NCBI GenBank assembly: GCA_017610325.1
Contig: JAFCCF010000002.1
Location: 8,999-72,998, forward strand
Reading direction: 5' to 3'
DNA: 64,000 nucleotides
Source of the DNA: Candidatus Aminicenantes bacterium
GTDB taxonomy: Archaea > Nanobdellota > Nanobdellia > Woesearchaeales > JAFCCF01
The number at the start of each line of letters is the position of its first letter. Within the stretch, counting starts at the first letter, position 1. Positions 25,816-35,479 of this stretch are shown here, piece after piece. The notes under the pieces are model-generated. The model did not search any database. It was given only the letters and a program-made list of their open reading frames with translations, and was not told where the DNA came from. Made by a program: the position numbers and the translations under genes.

Positions 25816-26805
25816 ATGGCATTATTAAATTATATTATCATTATTATCTTGCTCAGTCTTTCTGGGTTATTTTCAGGCCTAACATTAGGTCTTATGAGTC
25901 TGGACCCTTTTGATCTGAAGAGAAAGGTAAAGCTCAAGGACAGGTACGCAAAGAGAATCCTTCCTATACGAAAAAACGGAAACCTGCTGCTTTGCACACT
26001 CTTGCTTGGAAATGTTGCAGTGAACGCTGCCTTAGCAGTTTTCTTGGGTTCAATCACCGCAGGTATTATGGCAGGGGTTGTTGCAACTGGCTTGATTGTG
26101 ATACTTGGCGAAATCATTCCGCAGGCAATGTTTTCCAAATATGGTCTAGAATTAGGTTCAAAATTTGTTTGGCTTGTTTATATATTTATTGTGCTACTCT
26201 ATCCTGTCACAAAGCCAATTTCAATGGTGCTTGATTATTTCCTTGGAGGGGAGCTCCCAACAATGTTTTCAAAACGCGAGTTAAGGTTGTTTGTGCAGGA
26301 GCAGAAAAAACATAACAACTCAGACATAAGCAAGCATGAGTTCCAGATACTTGAAGGTGGGCTTGGTTTTTCAGAGAGGTTTGTCAAAGATGTTATGACT
26401 CCTGTTGTTAACACTTTCTTTGTTAAACAAGACACTATTCTAGACAAAGGAAAGTTGCAGGAGATTCATGCAAGAGGCCATTCCCGCATACCGGTTTATT
26501 TTGAAACAAGTGAGCTAAACAAGGTAGTTGGCATATTGTATACAAAAGACCTTATTGCACTTGATCCTGACGATAACATACGCGTAAAAGAAATTATGCG
26601 TGCAAATGCACATTTTATCAAGGAAAATGACAAACTGGGTAGAGTGCTGGACATATTTAAGAAGAGCAAGGTGCATCTGCTTATTGTGTTAAACCAGTAT
26701 AAGCAGGTGTCAGGCATTGTTACCCTGGAGGATGTACTTGAGGAGATTGTCGGAGAGATTGTTGACGAGTATGATAAATTTGTGGATATGCGTCAGGTAA
26801 GTTAG
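25816..26805 (+). CDS. CNNM/DUF21 transmembrane domain + CBS-pair protein (CorB-like Mg2+/Co2+ transporter family)
   Basis: DUF21 signature LLLGNVAVNAAL; a CBS pair follows (VMTPVVNTFFV ... IVTLEDVLEEIVGEI). No CorC_HlyC C-terminal domain. Confidence 0.8.
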   Translation: MALLNYIIIIILLSLSGLFSGLTLGLMSLDPFDLKRKVKLKDRYAKRILPIRKNGNLLLCTLLLGNVAVNAALAVFLGSITAGIMAGVVATGLIVILGEIIPQAMFSKYGLELGSKFVWLVYIFIVLLYPVTKPISMVLDYFLGGELPTMFSKRELRLFVQEQKKHNNSDISKHEFQILEGGLGFSERFVKDVMTPVVNTFFVKQDTILDKGKLQEIHARGHSRIPVYFETSELNKVVGILYTKDLIALDPDDNIRVKEIMRANAHFIKENDKLGRVLDIFKKSKVHLLIVLNQYKQVSGIVTLEDVLEEIVGEIVDEYDKFVDMRQVS

Positions 26806-26824
26806 GTGAATTTAAGAGGAGCAT

Positions 26825-27913
26825 GTGACAGATATCTTTATAAACCAACACGCGTTCTCACCAAATATGAAAAAATACTTTCAAGAAAATATACCAAAGA
26901 TTGACAAAGCTGTCAATGAATTTTTTCCAAGAGAGGTGTCTGAGTCTTGGATAAGGCAAAACATCAGCGAGTTTTCATATTCTTTTGACCTTGAAGCATG
27001 GAAACGGGTGTGCAGTGGCCCGTTTTATGAGTTGTTTGACAGGGGCGGCAAGAGGCTAAGACCTCTTCTGACTATATTGATTCACGATGCTTTGAAGGGA
27101 AGCTGTGCCGAGGTTCATCAATTTGCAATAATCTCAGAGATTATTCACTCAGGTACATTAATTGTTGATGATATTGAAGATAATTCCAAGTTCAGGCGCG
27201 GCAAGCCACCAGTGCACAAGGTTCACGGCATTAATATTTCCATTAACAATGGATACTTTCTTTCATTTTTTCCACAATTGATTATAAAACAAAGCAATCT
27301 CAACGAAGAGAAAAAGGCTAAGTTATACAACACTATTGTTGAGGAGATGACAAGAATTCATATTGGTCAGGGAATGGATCTGCTCTGGAGCCAGGAAAAA
27401 CAGTATGGTATATCACTGGACGAATACCTGCAGATGTGTGCATATAAGACAGGCGCCCTGCTAAGAATCGCGATGAAAATCGGCGCCATACTTGCTGACG
27501 CACCTGAGGAAATCCTAGCAAAGCTGGAAGAACTGGCAGCATCAATGGGAATCGCGTTCCAGATTCAGGATGATATACTTAATCTAAAACCAACAGGGGA
27601 ATGGGGCAAGGAAACTGGCGAGGATATCACTGAAGGCAAACTGACCTATATGTCAATTGATGTAATGTCCCAAGCAGATGAAGAAGATAAGAAAGAACTG
27701 GCGAGAATTCTCGCAGCAGCAATAGAAGATAAAGCAGAAATCCAGAAAGCAATAGATATCATGGATAAGTACGATTCATTTTCAAGGGCGCATAAATTCT
27801 CAGAGCAGTTGATAGAATCATCAAAAAAAATAGTCAACGAGAGCTTTGGCGATTCTGAATACAAGAGGGTATTCCTAGAAATTCTTGATTATGTCATAAC
27901 TAGGAGAAAATAA
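26825..27913 (+). CDS. idsA: trans-polyprenyl diphosphate synthase (GGPP synthase-like)
   Basis: First Asp-rich motif LIVDDIEDNSKFRRGKP, second FQIQDDILN. GTG start in the track; an internal ATG (MKKYFQ) is possible. Confidence 0.85.
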   Translation: MTDIFINQHAFSPNMKKYFQENIPKIDKAVNEFFPREVSESWIRQNISEFSYSFDLEAWKRVCSGPFYELFDRGGKRLRPLLTILIHDALKGSCAEVHQFAIISEIIHSGTLIVDDIEDNSKFRRGKPPVHKVHGINISINNGYFLSFFPQLIIKQSNLNEEKKAKLYNTIVEEMTRIHIGQGMDLLWSQEKQYGISLDEYLQMCAYKTGALLRIAMKIGAILADAPEEILAKLEELAASMGIAFQIQDDILNLKPTGEWGKETGEDITEGKLTYMSIDVMSQADEEDKKELARILAAAIEDKAEIQKAIDIMDKYDSFSRAHKFSEQLIESSKKIVNESFGDSEYKRVFLEILDYVITRRK

Positions 27914-28157
27914 CCAAAAAATATTTATTCTCTGTTCCTAATCTTAATAAATATGCAGAAACCACTCTTAACCTTAAAGCCAGATATTATGAATGCGCTG
28001 TTTCCTATATTTTTTAGGAACCTGTTTATATGCTAGAGTCCTAACTTGTATAAACCGTAAGTTTTATAAACCGACCCGGATTTCTTCCTCGTAACAAGCT
28101 CGAGTTCAGTAATTGAGCGTATCTAGGGCTAGAATGAGATTATTCTAGCATATTAAA

Positions 28158-28631
28158 ATGGCAGAACAAGATTTTAGGCATATTATAAGAATTGTAAATA
28201 CAGACATTGATGGAAACAAGGCAATAGTTGACGCTCTGAGAAAAATAAAGGGAGTTGGCTTTATATTCGCTAACATGATTTGTTCAATAGCTGGTATTGA
28301 CAAGAGACAGAAAACAGGGCATATGCTCGATGTAGAAATAAAGAAATTGGATGAAATATTAAGGAACCCTACAAAATTCAATGTTCCTGCATATATGCTT
28401 AACAGGAGAAGAGACTATGAAACTGGAGAAGATATACATATTCTGACAACAGATTTAAAGTTTATCCAAGACAGCGATAAAAAGAGAATGGGCAAGACCA
28501 AGTCATATAGGGGAATGAGGCTTGCAACCGGTCTTCCTGTCAGGGGTCAGAAAACAAGGTCAAATTTCAGGAAAAACAAGGGCAAGGTACAGGGTGTTAA
28601 GAGAAAGAAAGGTAAAGGTGGACGTGTTTAG
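28158..28631 (+). CDS. rps13: 30S ribosomal protein uS13
   Basis: FRHIIRIVNTDIDGNKAIVDALRKIKGVG...YRGMRLATGLPVRGQKTRSNFRK. Confidence 0.92.
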   Translation: MAEQDFRHIIRIVNTDIDGNKAIVDALRKIKGVGFIFANMICSIAGIDKRQKTGHMLDVEIKKLDEILRNPTKFNVPAYMLNRRRDYETGEDIHILTTDLKFIQDSDKKRMGKTKSYRGMRLATGLPVRGQKTRSNFRKNKGKVQGVKRKKGKGGRV

Positions 28632-28641
28632 GTGATTAAAC

Positions 28642-29373
28642 TTGGGAGATCCAAAGAAACCAAGAAAAAAATATTCAACCCCAATGCATCCGTGGCAATC
28701 AGCCAGGATTGAGGGGGAAAAGCAGTTAATTAGAGAGTATGGTCTAAAAAACAAGAAAGAAATCTGGCAGATGAAATCTTTGCTTAAGAGATTTTTCGCT
28801 CAGGTTAAAGAATCTATTGTAGCAAAAGGTAAGCAGGCAGAGAAAGAGCAAGAACAATTCATGAAAAGACTTCAAAGCTTGGGTCTTATAAAAAAGACTT
28901 CAAAGACAGAGGATGTGCTTGGGCTTACCATTAATGATTTAATGGAGAGAAGGCTGCAGACATTTATCTTAAGAAAAGGTTTTGCCAGAAGTGTTAAGCA
29001 GGCAAGGCAGTTCATAACCCACGGCCATATCCTGGTTGGTGCAAAGAAAATTACGTCTCCATCATACTTGGTAAGGGCCGAGGAAGAGAATCAGGTTAAT
29101 TTTGTTCCAACTTCTGAGCTATCAGACTCAGAACATCCTGAAAGAGAAATTAAGAAGCTGGCAAAGGCACCTAAAAAAGAAAAAAGTACAGAAAAGCCTA
29201 AAGAAAAGCCTAAGGAAAAGTCTAAGGAAAAGCCTAAAGAAAAGCCTAAAGAAAAGCCTAAAGAAAAGCCTAAAGAAAAGCCTAAAGAAAAGCCTAAAGA
29301 AAAACCTACGGAAAAGCCAAAGGATAAACCTAAAGAAAAAAAGGCAGAGGTAAAAGATGAGAAATCAAAGTAG
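28642..29373 (+). CDS. rps4: 30S ribosomal protein uS4 with ~60-aa KPKE-repeat C-terminal extension
   Basis: [17 protein letters not shown]...[10 protein letters not shown]...[23 protein letters not shown], then (KPKE)n. TTG start. Confidence 0.9.
   Translation: MGDPKKPRKKYSTPMHPWQSARIEGEKQLIREYGLKNKKEIWQMKSLLKRFFAQVKESIVAKGKQAEKEQEQFMKRLQSLGLIKKTSKTEDVLGLTINDLMERRLQTFILRKGFARSVKQARQFITHGHILVGAKKITSPSYLVRAEEENQVNFVPTSELSDSEHPEREIKKLAKAPKKEKSTEKPKEKPKEKSKEKPKEKPKEKPKEKPKEKPKEKPKEKPTEKPKDKPKEKKAEVKDEKSK
29191..29340 (+). repeat. 12-bp tandem repeat (gaaaagcctaaa)n encoding EKPK/KPKE units inside rps4
   Basis: About 12 near-identical in-frame units. Confidence 0.9.
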
Positions 29374-29767
29374 GCAACATAACATTAGGTGGGGTATATG
29401 CCATATCTACTCATCATACAACAACACAATAATCCATATAACAGATATTACTGGTTCTGAATCTATTGCAAGAACATCTGGCGGTCAGGTTGTAAAAGCT
29501 GATAGGCTTGAGTCTTCACCAACAGCAGCAATGATTGCTGCAAAAAAGGCTGCAGAGACTGCGATGGAACAGGGCATTAATGGGATTCACGTGAAGATAA
29601 AGGCCCCCGGAGGCCACAATGGACCAGCAAACCCAGGACCGGGTGCTCAGGCTGCCATTAGGGCATTGAGCAGGATGGGTTTAAGAATAGGGATTATTGA
29701 GGATGTTACCCCAGTACCCCATAATGGATGCCGGAAAAAGGGCGGAAGAAGGGGTAGACGGGTTTAA
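29357..29767 (+). CDS. rps11: 30S ribosomal protein uS11
   Basis: [22 protein letters not shown]...[11 protein letters not shown]...[11 protein letters not shown]...[12 protein letters not shown]. Confidence 0.92.
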   Translation: MRNQSRQHNIRWGICHIYSSYNNTIIHITDITGSESIARTSGGQVVKADRLESSPTAAMIAAKKAAETAMEQGINGIHVKIKAPGGHNGPANPGPGAQAAIRALSRMGLRIGIIEDVTPVPHNGCRKKGGRRGRRV

Positions 29768-29784
29768 TTTGGAGGTCTTGGAAA

Positions 29785-30573
29785 ATGGAGGTAAGATTAC
29801 TTGATAAAAATAAGGAGAAAACAAAGGTTTCGTTTATATTAAAAAACTCGGTTCCAAGCTTTGCAAATGCCATTAGGAGAACTATAATGGACGAGGTCCC
29901 AACACTAGCAGTTGAGGATGTTGAGTTCAGAAAGAATAGTTCAATACTCTATGATGAAATGATTGCACATAGGCTCGGCCTTATTCCACTTAACACAGAT
30001 TTAAAGAGCTATGATCTACCTGAAAAATGCACATGCAAGGGAGAGGGCTGTGCAAAGTGCCAGTTAAAGATGGTATTAAAGGCTAAAGGCCCTACAACTG
30101 TGTATGCTTCAGATCTGAAAATAAATGATCCAAAGATAAAACCAATCTACCCACAGATGCCTATTGTGAAGCTTATCAAGAACCAGCAGGTTGAGCTGGA
30201 GGCCACGGCAGTTTTGGGCCAGGGAAGAAATCATGCAAAATGGAGCCCAGGCCTTGTACATTATAAGTATAAGCCTGCAATTGAAGTTGGCAAGGTTGAT
30301 AATGCAAATGAGGTAGCTGCAGTTTGTCCGCTAAATATATTTGAGGTAAAGGGCGGTAAGTTAATAGTTAACAAAGAGAAGATGTTGTCCTGCCATCTTT
30401 GCGGCGCATGCCACGAGAAAAATCCCCAGGTTAAGATTAATGAAAGTGAGACTGAATTCGTGTTTTTTATCGAATCATGGGGGCAGCTCAACTATAAAGA
30501 AATGCTCACAGAGGCAGTTAAACTTTTCCAGTCACATTTGAATGAGTTTATTGATATTATGAAAAAGAAGTAA
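29785..30573 (+). CDS. rpoD: DNA-directed RNA polymerase subunit D (Rpo3)
   Basis: FANAIRRTIMDEVPTLAVEDVEF..NSSILYDEMIAHRLGLIPL. The Cys cluster CPLN...CHLCGAC marks a Fe-S-type domain. Confidence 0.9.
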   Translation: MEVRLLDKNKEKTKVSFILKNSVPSFANAIRRTIMDEVPTLAVEDVEFRKNSSILYDEMIAHRLGLIPLNTDLKSYDLPEKCTCKGEGCAKCQLKMVLKAKGPTTVYASDLKINDPKIKPIYPQMPIVKLIKNQQVELEATAVLGQGRNHAKWSPGLVHYKYKPAIEVGKVDNANEVAAVCPLNIFEVKGGKLIVNKEKMLSCHLCGACHEKNPQVKINESETEFVFFIESWGQLNYKEMLTEAVKLFQSHLNEFIDIMKKK

Positions 30574-30599
30574 CCTCGCATATATCTATATGTCTTAGT

Positions 30600-30732
30600 G
30601 CGGGGGTGGCAGAGTTTGGTCAAATGCGCAAGGTTGAGGTAGCGGAAATGCGACGCATTTCCTGGGTGTGAAGCCAAGCTTCAAACGCCTTGTCCCTTAG
30701 TGGGTGCGCGCGTTCGAATCGCGTCCCCCGCA
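30600..30732 (+). tRNA. tRNA-Leu (GAG), class II, with a 47-nt canonical intron; embedded in the r-protein/RNAP operon
   Basis: Acceptor GCGGGGG/CCCCCGC + A73. Anticodon stem CAAGG/CCTTG with loop TTGAGG|intron|G; intron CTTCAA pairs with the anticodon TTGAGG. Long variable arm TCCCTTAGTGGGTGC. T arm GCGCG-TTCGAAT-CGCGT. Confidence 0.88.
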
Positions 30733-30746
30733 TTCAAAACAACAAA

Positions 30747-31094
30747 ATGAAAAACATCCAAATCCAGGGATTGATTAGTGAATTGAAAAGGATTTCAATA
30801 GAGGAAAAAGTAAACATCTGGAAGAGGATTGCTTCAGACTTGCAAAAACCTACAAGAAAGAGAAGGATAGTTAACCTTAGCAGGATAAATAGATACGCAA
30901 AAGAGAATGATACTATTGTTGTACCAGGAAAAGTTCTGGCAAACGGGGAGCTTGACCATAAGCTCACAATAGCCGCCTATACTTTCTCTGGCGAAGCACT
31001 GAAGAAGATAAAAGAATCTGGATGCATCGCAATGAACATTCCAGAGCTTCTTGAGAAAAATCCAAAAGCAAACAAAATAAGGATAATTGGTTAA
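30747..31094 (+). CDS. rpl18e: 50S ribosomal protein eL18 (L18e)
   Basis: MKNIQIQGLISELKR...QKPTRKRRIVNLSRINRYAKENDTIVVPGKVL. The track start 30690 would overlap the tRNA, so ATG 30747 is used. Confidence 0.88.
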   Translation: MKNIQIQGLISELKRISIEEKVNIWKRIASDLQKPTRKRRIVNLSRINRYAKENDTIVVPGKVLANGELDHKLTIAAYTFSGEALKKIKESGCIAMNIPELLEKNPKANKIRIIG

Positions 31095-31515
31095 AATGAA
31101 AGTATATGATGCAACTGACACAATCCTTGGAAGGCTGGCTACAGTCGTAGCAAAGCAGGCATTGCTTGGCGAGACTGTCAAGATAGTTAATGCTGGCAAG
31201 GCAATTATCACTGGTAGTAAGAAGGATGTTTTTAAGAGATACAGACGAAAAGTAGACATGGGCGGTCCATTCAATGGACCATATATACCGAGGATGTCTG
31301 ACAGGTTTGTGAGGCGAGTTGTTAGGGGTATGCTGCCATACAAGCAGCCTAAGGGAAGAGATGCATTCAAGAGAATTATGTGCCACATAGATGTTCCTGA
31401 AAGCATGAAAGATGAGAAGATTATTAAGCTGGAAGCAGCTAACATAAAAAAGCTTCCAAATCTAAAATATCTTGCTGTGAAAGACGTATGTAAATTATTG
31501 GGGGGTAAGTTATGA
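31087..31515 (+). CDS. rpl13: 50S ribosomal protein uL13
   Basis: VYDATDTILGRLATVVAKQALLGETVKIVNA...RGMLPYKQPKGRDAFKRI. Confidence 0.92.
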   Translation: MVKMKVYDATDTILGRLATVVAKQALLGETVKIVNAGKAIITGSKKDVFKRYRRKVDMGGPFNGPYIPRMSDRFVRRVVRGMLPYKQPKGRDAFKRIMCHIDVPESMKDEKIIKLEAANIKKLPNLKYLAVKDVCKLLGGKL

Positions 31516-31910
31516 AAGTAGTGCATGTATCTGGAACGAGGAAAAGAGCAACTGCAAGGGCGACATTGAAGCCAGGTAGTGGTGTGGTTAAGGTAAACAA
31601 TACACTGATTGAGAATATACAACCAGAGCTTGCAAGACTTAAAATAAGAGAACCACTTCTGCTTGCAGGGGAAATTGCAAATAAGGTAGATATTAAGGTT
31701 AATGTTAATGGCGGCGGCGTAATGAGCCAGGCAGATGCCTGCAGGCTTGCAATCGCAAGAGCATTAGTGGAGTTTTCAAAGGATAAGACGCTTGAGAAAA
31801 GATTCCTTGAATATGACAGGCATCTTATGGTGGCAGATGTAAGGCGTAAGGAAGTATGTAAACCTAATATATCTAAGGCTAGGAAAAAGCGGCAAAAGTC
31901 GTATCGTTAA
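31512..31910 (+). CDS. rps9: 30S ribosomal protein uS9
   Basis: GTRKRATARATLKPGSG...GGGVMSQADACRLAIARAL...ARKKRQKSYR. Confidence 0.92.
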   Translation: MKVVHVSGTRKRATARATLKPGSGVVKVNNTLIENIQPELARLKIREPLLLAGEIANKVDIKVNVNGGGVMSQADACRLAIARALVEFSKDKTLEKRFLEYDRHLMVADVRRKEVCKPNISKARKKRQKSYR

Positions 31911-31924
31911 AAAGGTGAAACAAG

Positions 31925-32122
31925 ATGTTAATTCCAATCAGATGCTTTTCGTGCGGTAAACCAATCGCACACCTATGGGAAATATACCAGCAAAAGCTTA
32001 AGGCAGGCGAAGATTCAAAGAAGGTAATGGATGAGCTTGGCTTGGAAAGATACTGCTGTAGGGCAGCACTGCTCGGCCACGTTGACCTAATCGACACAGT
32101 AGCCCAGTTCAAGAAATTTTAA
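31925..32122 (+). CDS. rpoN: DNA-directed RNA polymerase subunit N (Rpo10)
   Basis: MLIPIRCFSCGKPIAHLWEIYQ...RYCCRAALLGHVDLID. Confidence 0.92.
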   Translation: MLIPIRCFSCGKPIAHLWEIYQQKLKAGEDSKKVMDELGLERYCCRAALLGHVDLIDTVAQFKKF

Positions 32123-32140
32123 TTATTTATCTTTTTTAAC

Positions 32141-32154
32141 AAAATTTAAATAAA
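32141..32154 (+). promoter_or_regulatory. TATA box for leuS
   Basis: aaaatttaaataaa is centred about 29 nt upstream of ATG 32177. Confidence 0.5.
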
Positions 32155-32176
32155 CCCTATCATTCTATCCTCTATT

Positions 32177-34831
32177 ATGGCAGAATTCAATAAGATAGAG
32201 AAAAAGTGGCAGGATAGGTGGGCCAAGGCTAAGATATTTGAGGTAAAGGAAGAGCCTAAGAAGAAAAAGTACTATGTCTTGGAGATGTATCCATATCCTT
32301 CATCCTCGGGCCTGCACATGGGCCATGCAAGAAACTATGCGATAGGTGACTGCTTTGCGCGCTATAAGAGGATGCACGGTTTTAATGTTTTATATCCAAT
32401 GGGTTATGATTCTTTTGGGTTGCCAGCTGAGAATGCAGCAATAAAGGCAAGGTCACACCCCAAGTTATTCACAGAAAAAGCTATCAAGAACTTTGTAAGA
32501 CAACAGAAAGAGCTTGGCCTGAGTTATGACTGGAACAAGATGCTGGCAAGCCACACCCCAGAATATTATAAATGGGACCAGTGGATATTTCTGCAGTTGT
32601 TTAAGAAGGGCTTGGCATACAAAAAGGTTGCAGCTGTTAACTGGTGCCCTGAGTGCAACACTGTGCTGGCAAATGAGCAGGTGGTGCAGGGCAAGTGCTG
32701 GCGCCACACTGAGACTGATGTTATCCAGAAGGAACTTAATCAATGGTTCTTTAAGATAACTGATTATGCTGACCAACTTCTTGATGATATTGAAAAACTA
32801 AAAGAATGGCCTGAAGATGTTAAACAAATGCAGAGAAACTGGATTGGAAGAAAAGAATGGATTGATGTAGACTATCAAATTGAGGGAACTGACAAGAAAA
32901 TAACAGTTTCAACAACAAGGCCAGATACTAATTATGGAGCTACCTTTATTGTTCTAGCGCCAGAGCACCCATTGTTGTCAAAAGAAGCAGTAATTATACC
33001 TGATGAGAACAGAAAGGATGTGGACAATTACATTAAGTATGCATTAAGAAAAACAGAGGAAGAAAGAATTAATGAGAAGGGAAGAAAATCAGGTGTATTT
33101 ACCGGCCTTTATTGTCTTAACAATCTGACAAAAAAGAGAATGCCAATCTGGATAACTGATTTTGTGCTGATGACTGTTGGTACAGGTGCTGTTGTTGGTG
33201 TTCCTGGCCATGATATTAGGGATTTTGAGTTTGCAGAGCAATTTGGTTTAGACATTGTTAGGGTAGTGGTTGGCTCAGACGGAGACAAATCTCCAATTAC
33301 AACCAAAGAACAGGTGCAGGAAGAGGAAGGAACAATGATTAATTCTGATTTCCTGGATGGAATGAACATCCATGATGCAACCAAGAAGATTATGGATTAT
33401 CTGGAAAAAAAAGGTGAAGGAAAGAGAATTATGCGTTATCATCTTAAAGACTGGTTAATCTCCAGGCAGCGCTTCTGGGGATGTCCGATTCCAATTGTGT
33501 ACTGTGAGAAGTGCGGCGAGGTTCCTGTTCCTGAGAATGATCTTCCAGTCAAGCTTCCAGATGATATTAAGTTCACATTTACAAAGGGCAATCCTCTGGA
33601 GAATGTCAAGGATTTCATAAACACAAAATGCCCAAAGTGCGGCGGCAAGGCAACAAGAGAGACAGACACAATGGACACATTTGTGGATTCAAGCTGGTAT
33701 ATGCTGCGATATTGCGACGCAAAGAATGACAAAAAGATATTTGACAGCAAAAAGGTAAATTACTGGCTGCCAATTGATACATATATTGGCGGCAGAGAGC
33801 ATGCAACTGGCCACCTGCTCTATTTTAGATTCTTCACCAAGTTCTTCAAGGACATTGGTATAATTAATTTTGATGAGCCTGCCATAAGATTGTTTAACCA
33901 AGGCATGTTGCACAAAGATGGTTATGTCATGAGCAAGTCCAGGGGAAATGTGATTACACAAGAGGAGATTGCAAAAAAATATGGCATTGACACTGCACGG
34001 TTCTTTATGCTGTTTGTTGCCTCGCCTGGTAAGGACATGGAGTGGAGTGATGAGACAGTTGAGGGCACATTCAGATTTCTTAACAAGGCATACAAGCTTG
34101 CTGAGAAAAAGCTTTCTGACAAGGTTGACAAGAAGGTGCAGAGCAAGATGCACAAGACAATCAAGGGTGTTACAGGGGATATTGACAATTTCAGGCTGAA
34201 CCTGGCACTTATCAAGATTATGGAGTACACAGACTTTCTTTCAAAGCAGGAGCAACTTCCAAAAGATGCACTTAAGGCACTTATCCTACTCCTTTCACCA
34301 TTCACACCACACATTGCTGAAGAAATGTGGGAAAAGATAGGTGAGAAGCCATTTGCATCTCTGACTAGCTGGCCAAAGCACGATGACAAGAAGATTGATG
34401 ACAAGATTGAAGAGACCATGAATATAATTGACAAGGCAGTTACAGATATAAGGGCTGTGCTCAAGCTTGCTAACCTGGATAAGCCAAAGAAGGTATCCTT
34501 GTTTATATCAGAACAGTGGAAATATGAATTTTTTAAGAAATTGAGGAAAGAGCTGGCTAAAACAAGGGATGTTGGTAGTATTATCAAGGCTGTGATGGAC
34601 AAGGAGCATGGCAAGGACATCTCAAGGCTTGTGCCAAAGCTTGTCAAGGATGAGTCAAAGATTCCTAGCGTGGTACTTGACCAGAAAACTGAGTTTGATG
34701 CATTAAAGGATGCAGTCAAGCACCTTGAGCAGGAATTCAGGTGTACTGTTGAGGTTGTCAAGGCACATGATTCAAAAGAGGCAAAGGCTCAGCAGGCAAT
34801 GCCATCCAAGCCAGCAATTCTCATAGAATGA
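32177..34831 (+). CDS. leuS: leucine--tRNA ligase, bacterial-type
   Basis: HIGH region is PYPSSSGLHMGHARNY. Bacterial-type blocks are MGYDSFGLPAENAAIK and VNWCPECNTVLANEQVVQGKCWRH...QWFFKITDYADQLL...VKQMQRNWIGR. The KMSKS-like motif is VMSKSRGN. Confidence 0.92.
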   Translation: MAEFNKIEKKWQDRWAKAKIFEVKEEPKKKKYYVLEMYPYPSSSGLHMGHARNYAIGDCFARYKRMHGFNVLYPMGYDSFGLPAENAAIKARSHPKLFTEKAIKNFVRQQKELGLSYDWNKMLASHTPEYYKWDQWIFLQLFKKGLAYKKVAAVNWCPECNTVLANEQVVQGKCWRHTETDVIQKELNQWFFKITDYADQLLDDIEKLKEWPEDVKQMQRNWIGRKEWIDVDYQIEGTDKKITVSTTRPDTNYGATFIVLAPEHPLLSKEAVIIPDENRKDVDNYIKYALRKTEEERINEKGRKSGVFTGLYCLNNLTKKRMPIWITDFVLMTVGTGAVVGVPGHDIRDFEFAEQFGLDIVRVVVGSDGDKSPITTKEQVQEEEGTMINSDFLDGMNIHDATKKIMDYLEKKGEGKRIMRYHLKDWLISRQRFWGCPIPIVYCEKCGEVPVPENDLPVKLPDDIKFTFTKGNPLENVKDFINTKCPKCGGKATRETDTMDTFVDSSWYMLRYCDAKNDKKIFDSKKVNYWLPIDTYIGGREHATGHLLYFRFFTKFFKDIGIINFDEPAIRLFNQGMLHKDGYVMSKSRGNVITQEEIAKKYGIDTARFFMLFVASPGKDMEWSDETVEGTFRFLNKAYKLAEKKLSDKVDKKVQSKMHKTIKGVTGDIDNFRLNLALIKIMEYTDFLSKQEQLPKDALKALILLLSPFTPHIAEEMWEKIGEKPFASLTSWPKHDDKKIDDKIEETMNIIDKAVTDIRAVLKLANLDKPKKVSLFISEQWKYEFFKKLRKELAKTRDVGSIIKAVMDKEHGKDISRLVPKLVKDESKIPSVVLDQKTEFDALKDAVKHLEQEFRCTVEVVKAHDSKEAKAQQAMPSKPAILIE

Positions 34832-35379
34832 GTTTCAGAAAACAGGTTTTTGACTTTTACAGGGCTGTTGTGAGTGAGAAAAGCCTGAAGATTATACTGG
34901 TGGTTGTTTTTGTGCTCTTCATCTTTCTGCTTCTGAAAAATGTTTTTATTATACTACTATTGCTTGTGATTGGAGCAATCTCCCTTTTACACAATATTTT
35001 CACCAGAAATACAATTGGTTTTGAATTATGCATATTTGCAACTGTATTTTGTGCAATTAATTTTGGCGCTGGTGCAGGCATATTTGTGGGAATATTTTCA
35101 GTTTTAATTGGTTTTATGTTGAGTGGGAATGTTGATGAGGGAATACTGCTCATATTAATTGTATTTATATTAATAGGATTCTTTGCATCAATGTTCAGCT
35201 TTGAGAATATCTTTATAGTTGGTCTGGTCGCAACAATTGTTTATGATATTATTATTGTTGGATTCTACATATTAATGGGTTCAAGTCCAATTAAAAATAT
35301 AAGCTATTTCTTGACACATGTTTTGTTGAACTACTATATATTCAAATATCTGCCAGCAGTGTTTGCAGGTATAATATAA
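34828..35379 (+). CDS. polytopic membrane protein, unknown function
   Basis: ATGA overlap with leuS; 5-6 hydrophobic helices. Confidence 0.5.
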   Translation: MSFRKQVFDFYRAVVSEKSLKIILVVVFVLFIFLLLKNVFIILLLLVIGAISLLHNIFTRNTIGFELCIFATVFCAINFGAGAGIFVGIFSVLIGFMLSGNVDEGILLILIVFILIGFFASMFSFENIFIVGLVATIVYDIIIVGFYILMGSSPIKNISYFLTHVLLNYYIFKYLPAVFAGII

Positions 35380-35479
35380 AAAGTGAGCAGGCATGCACAG
35401 AAATGAATACAAACCATAATCATTAGCTTACCCCGATTTATCCTCATCTCCGCTACCCCATAAGCACCAATAATCATGA

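Noticed and set aside
29191-29340. Possible CRISPR-like or non-coding tandem array (also 54978-55259)
   Set aside because: Both arrays are in frame inside long conserved CDSs (rps4 and the surface protein). They have no spacers of unique sequence and unit sizes of 12 bp and 111 bp, so they are coding repeats rather than CRISPR.
30834-31622. 262-aa and 140-aa minus-strand ORFs across the rpl18e-rpl13-rps9 region
   Set aside because: They are antisense to three highly conserved ribosomal protein genes and have no recognisable domains.
33922-34761. 279-aa minus-strand ORF
   Set aside because: It is entirely antisense to the well-supported leuS CDS. It is Ser/Leu-rich low complexity with no motifs, a typical shadow ORF.
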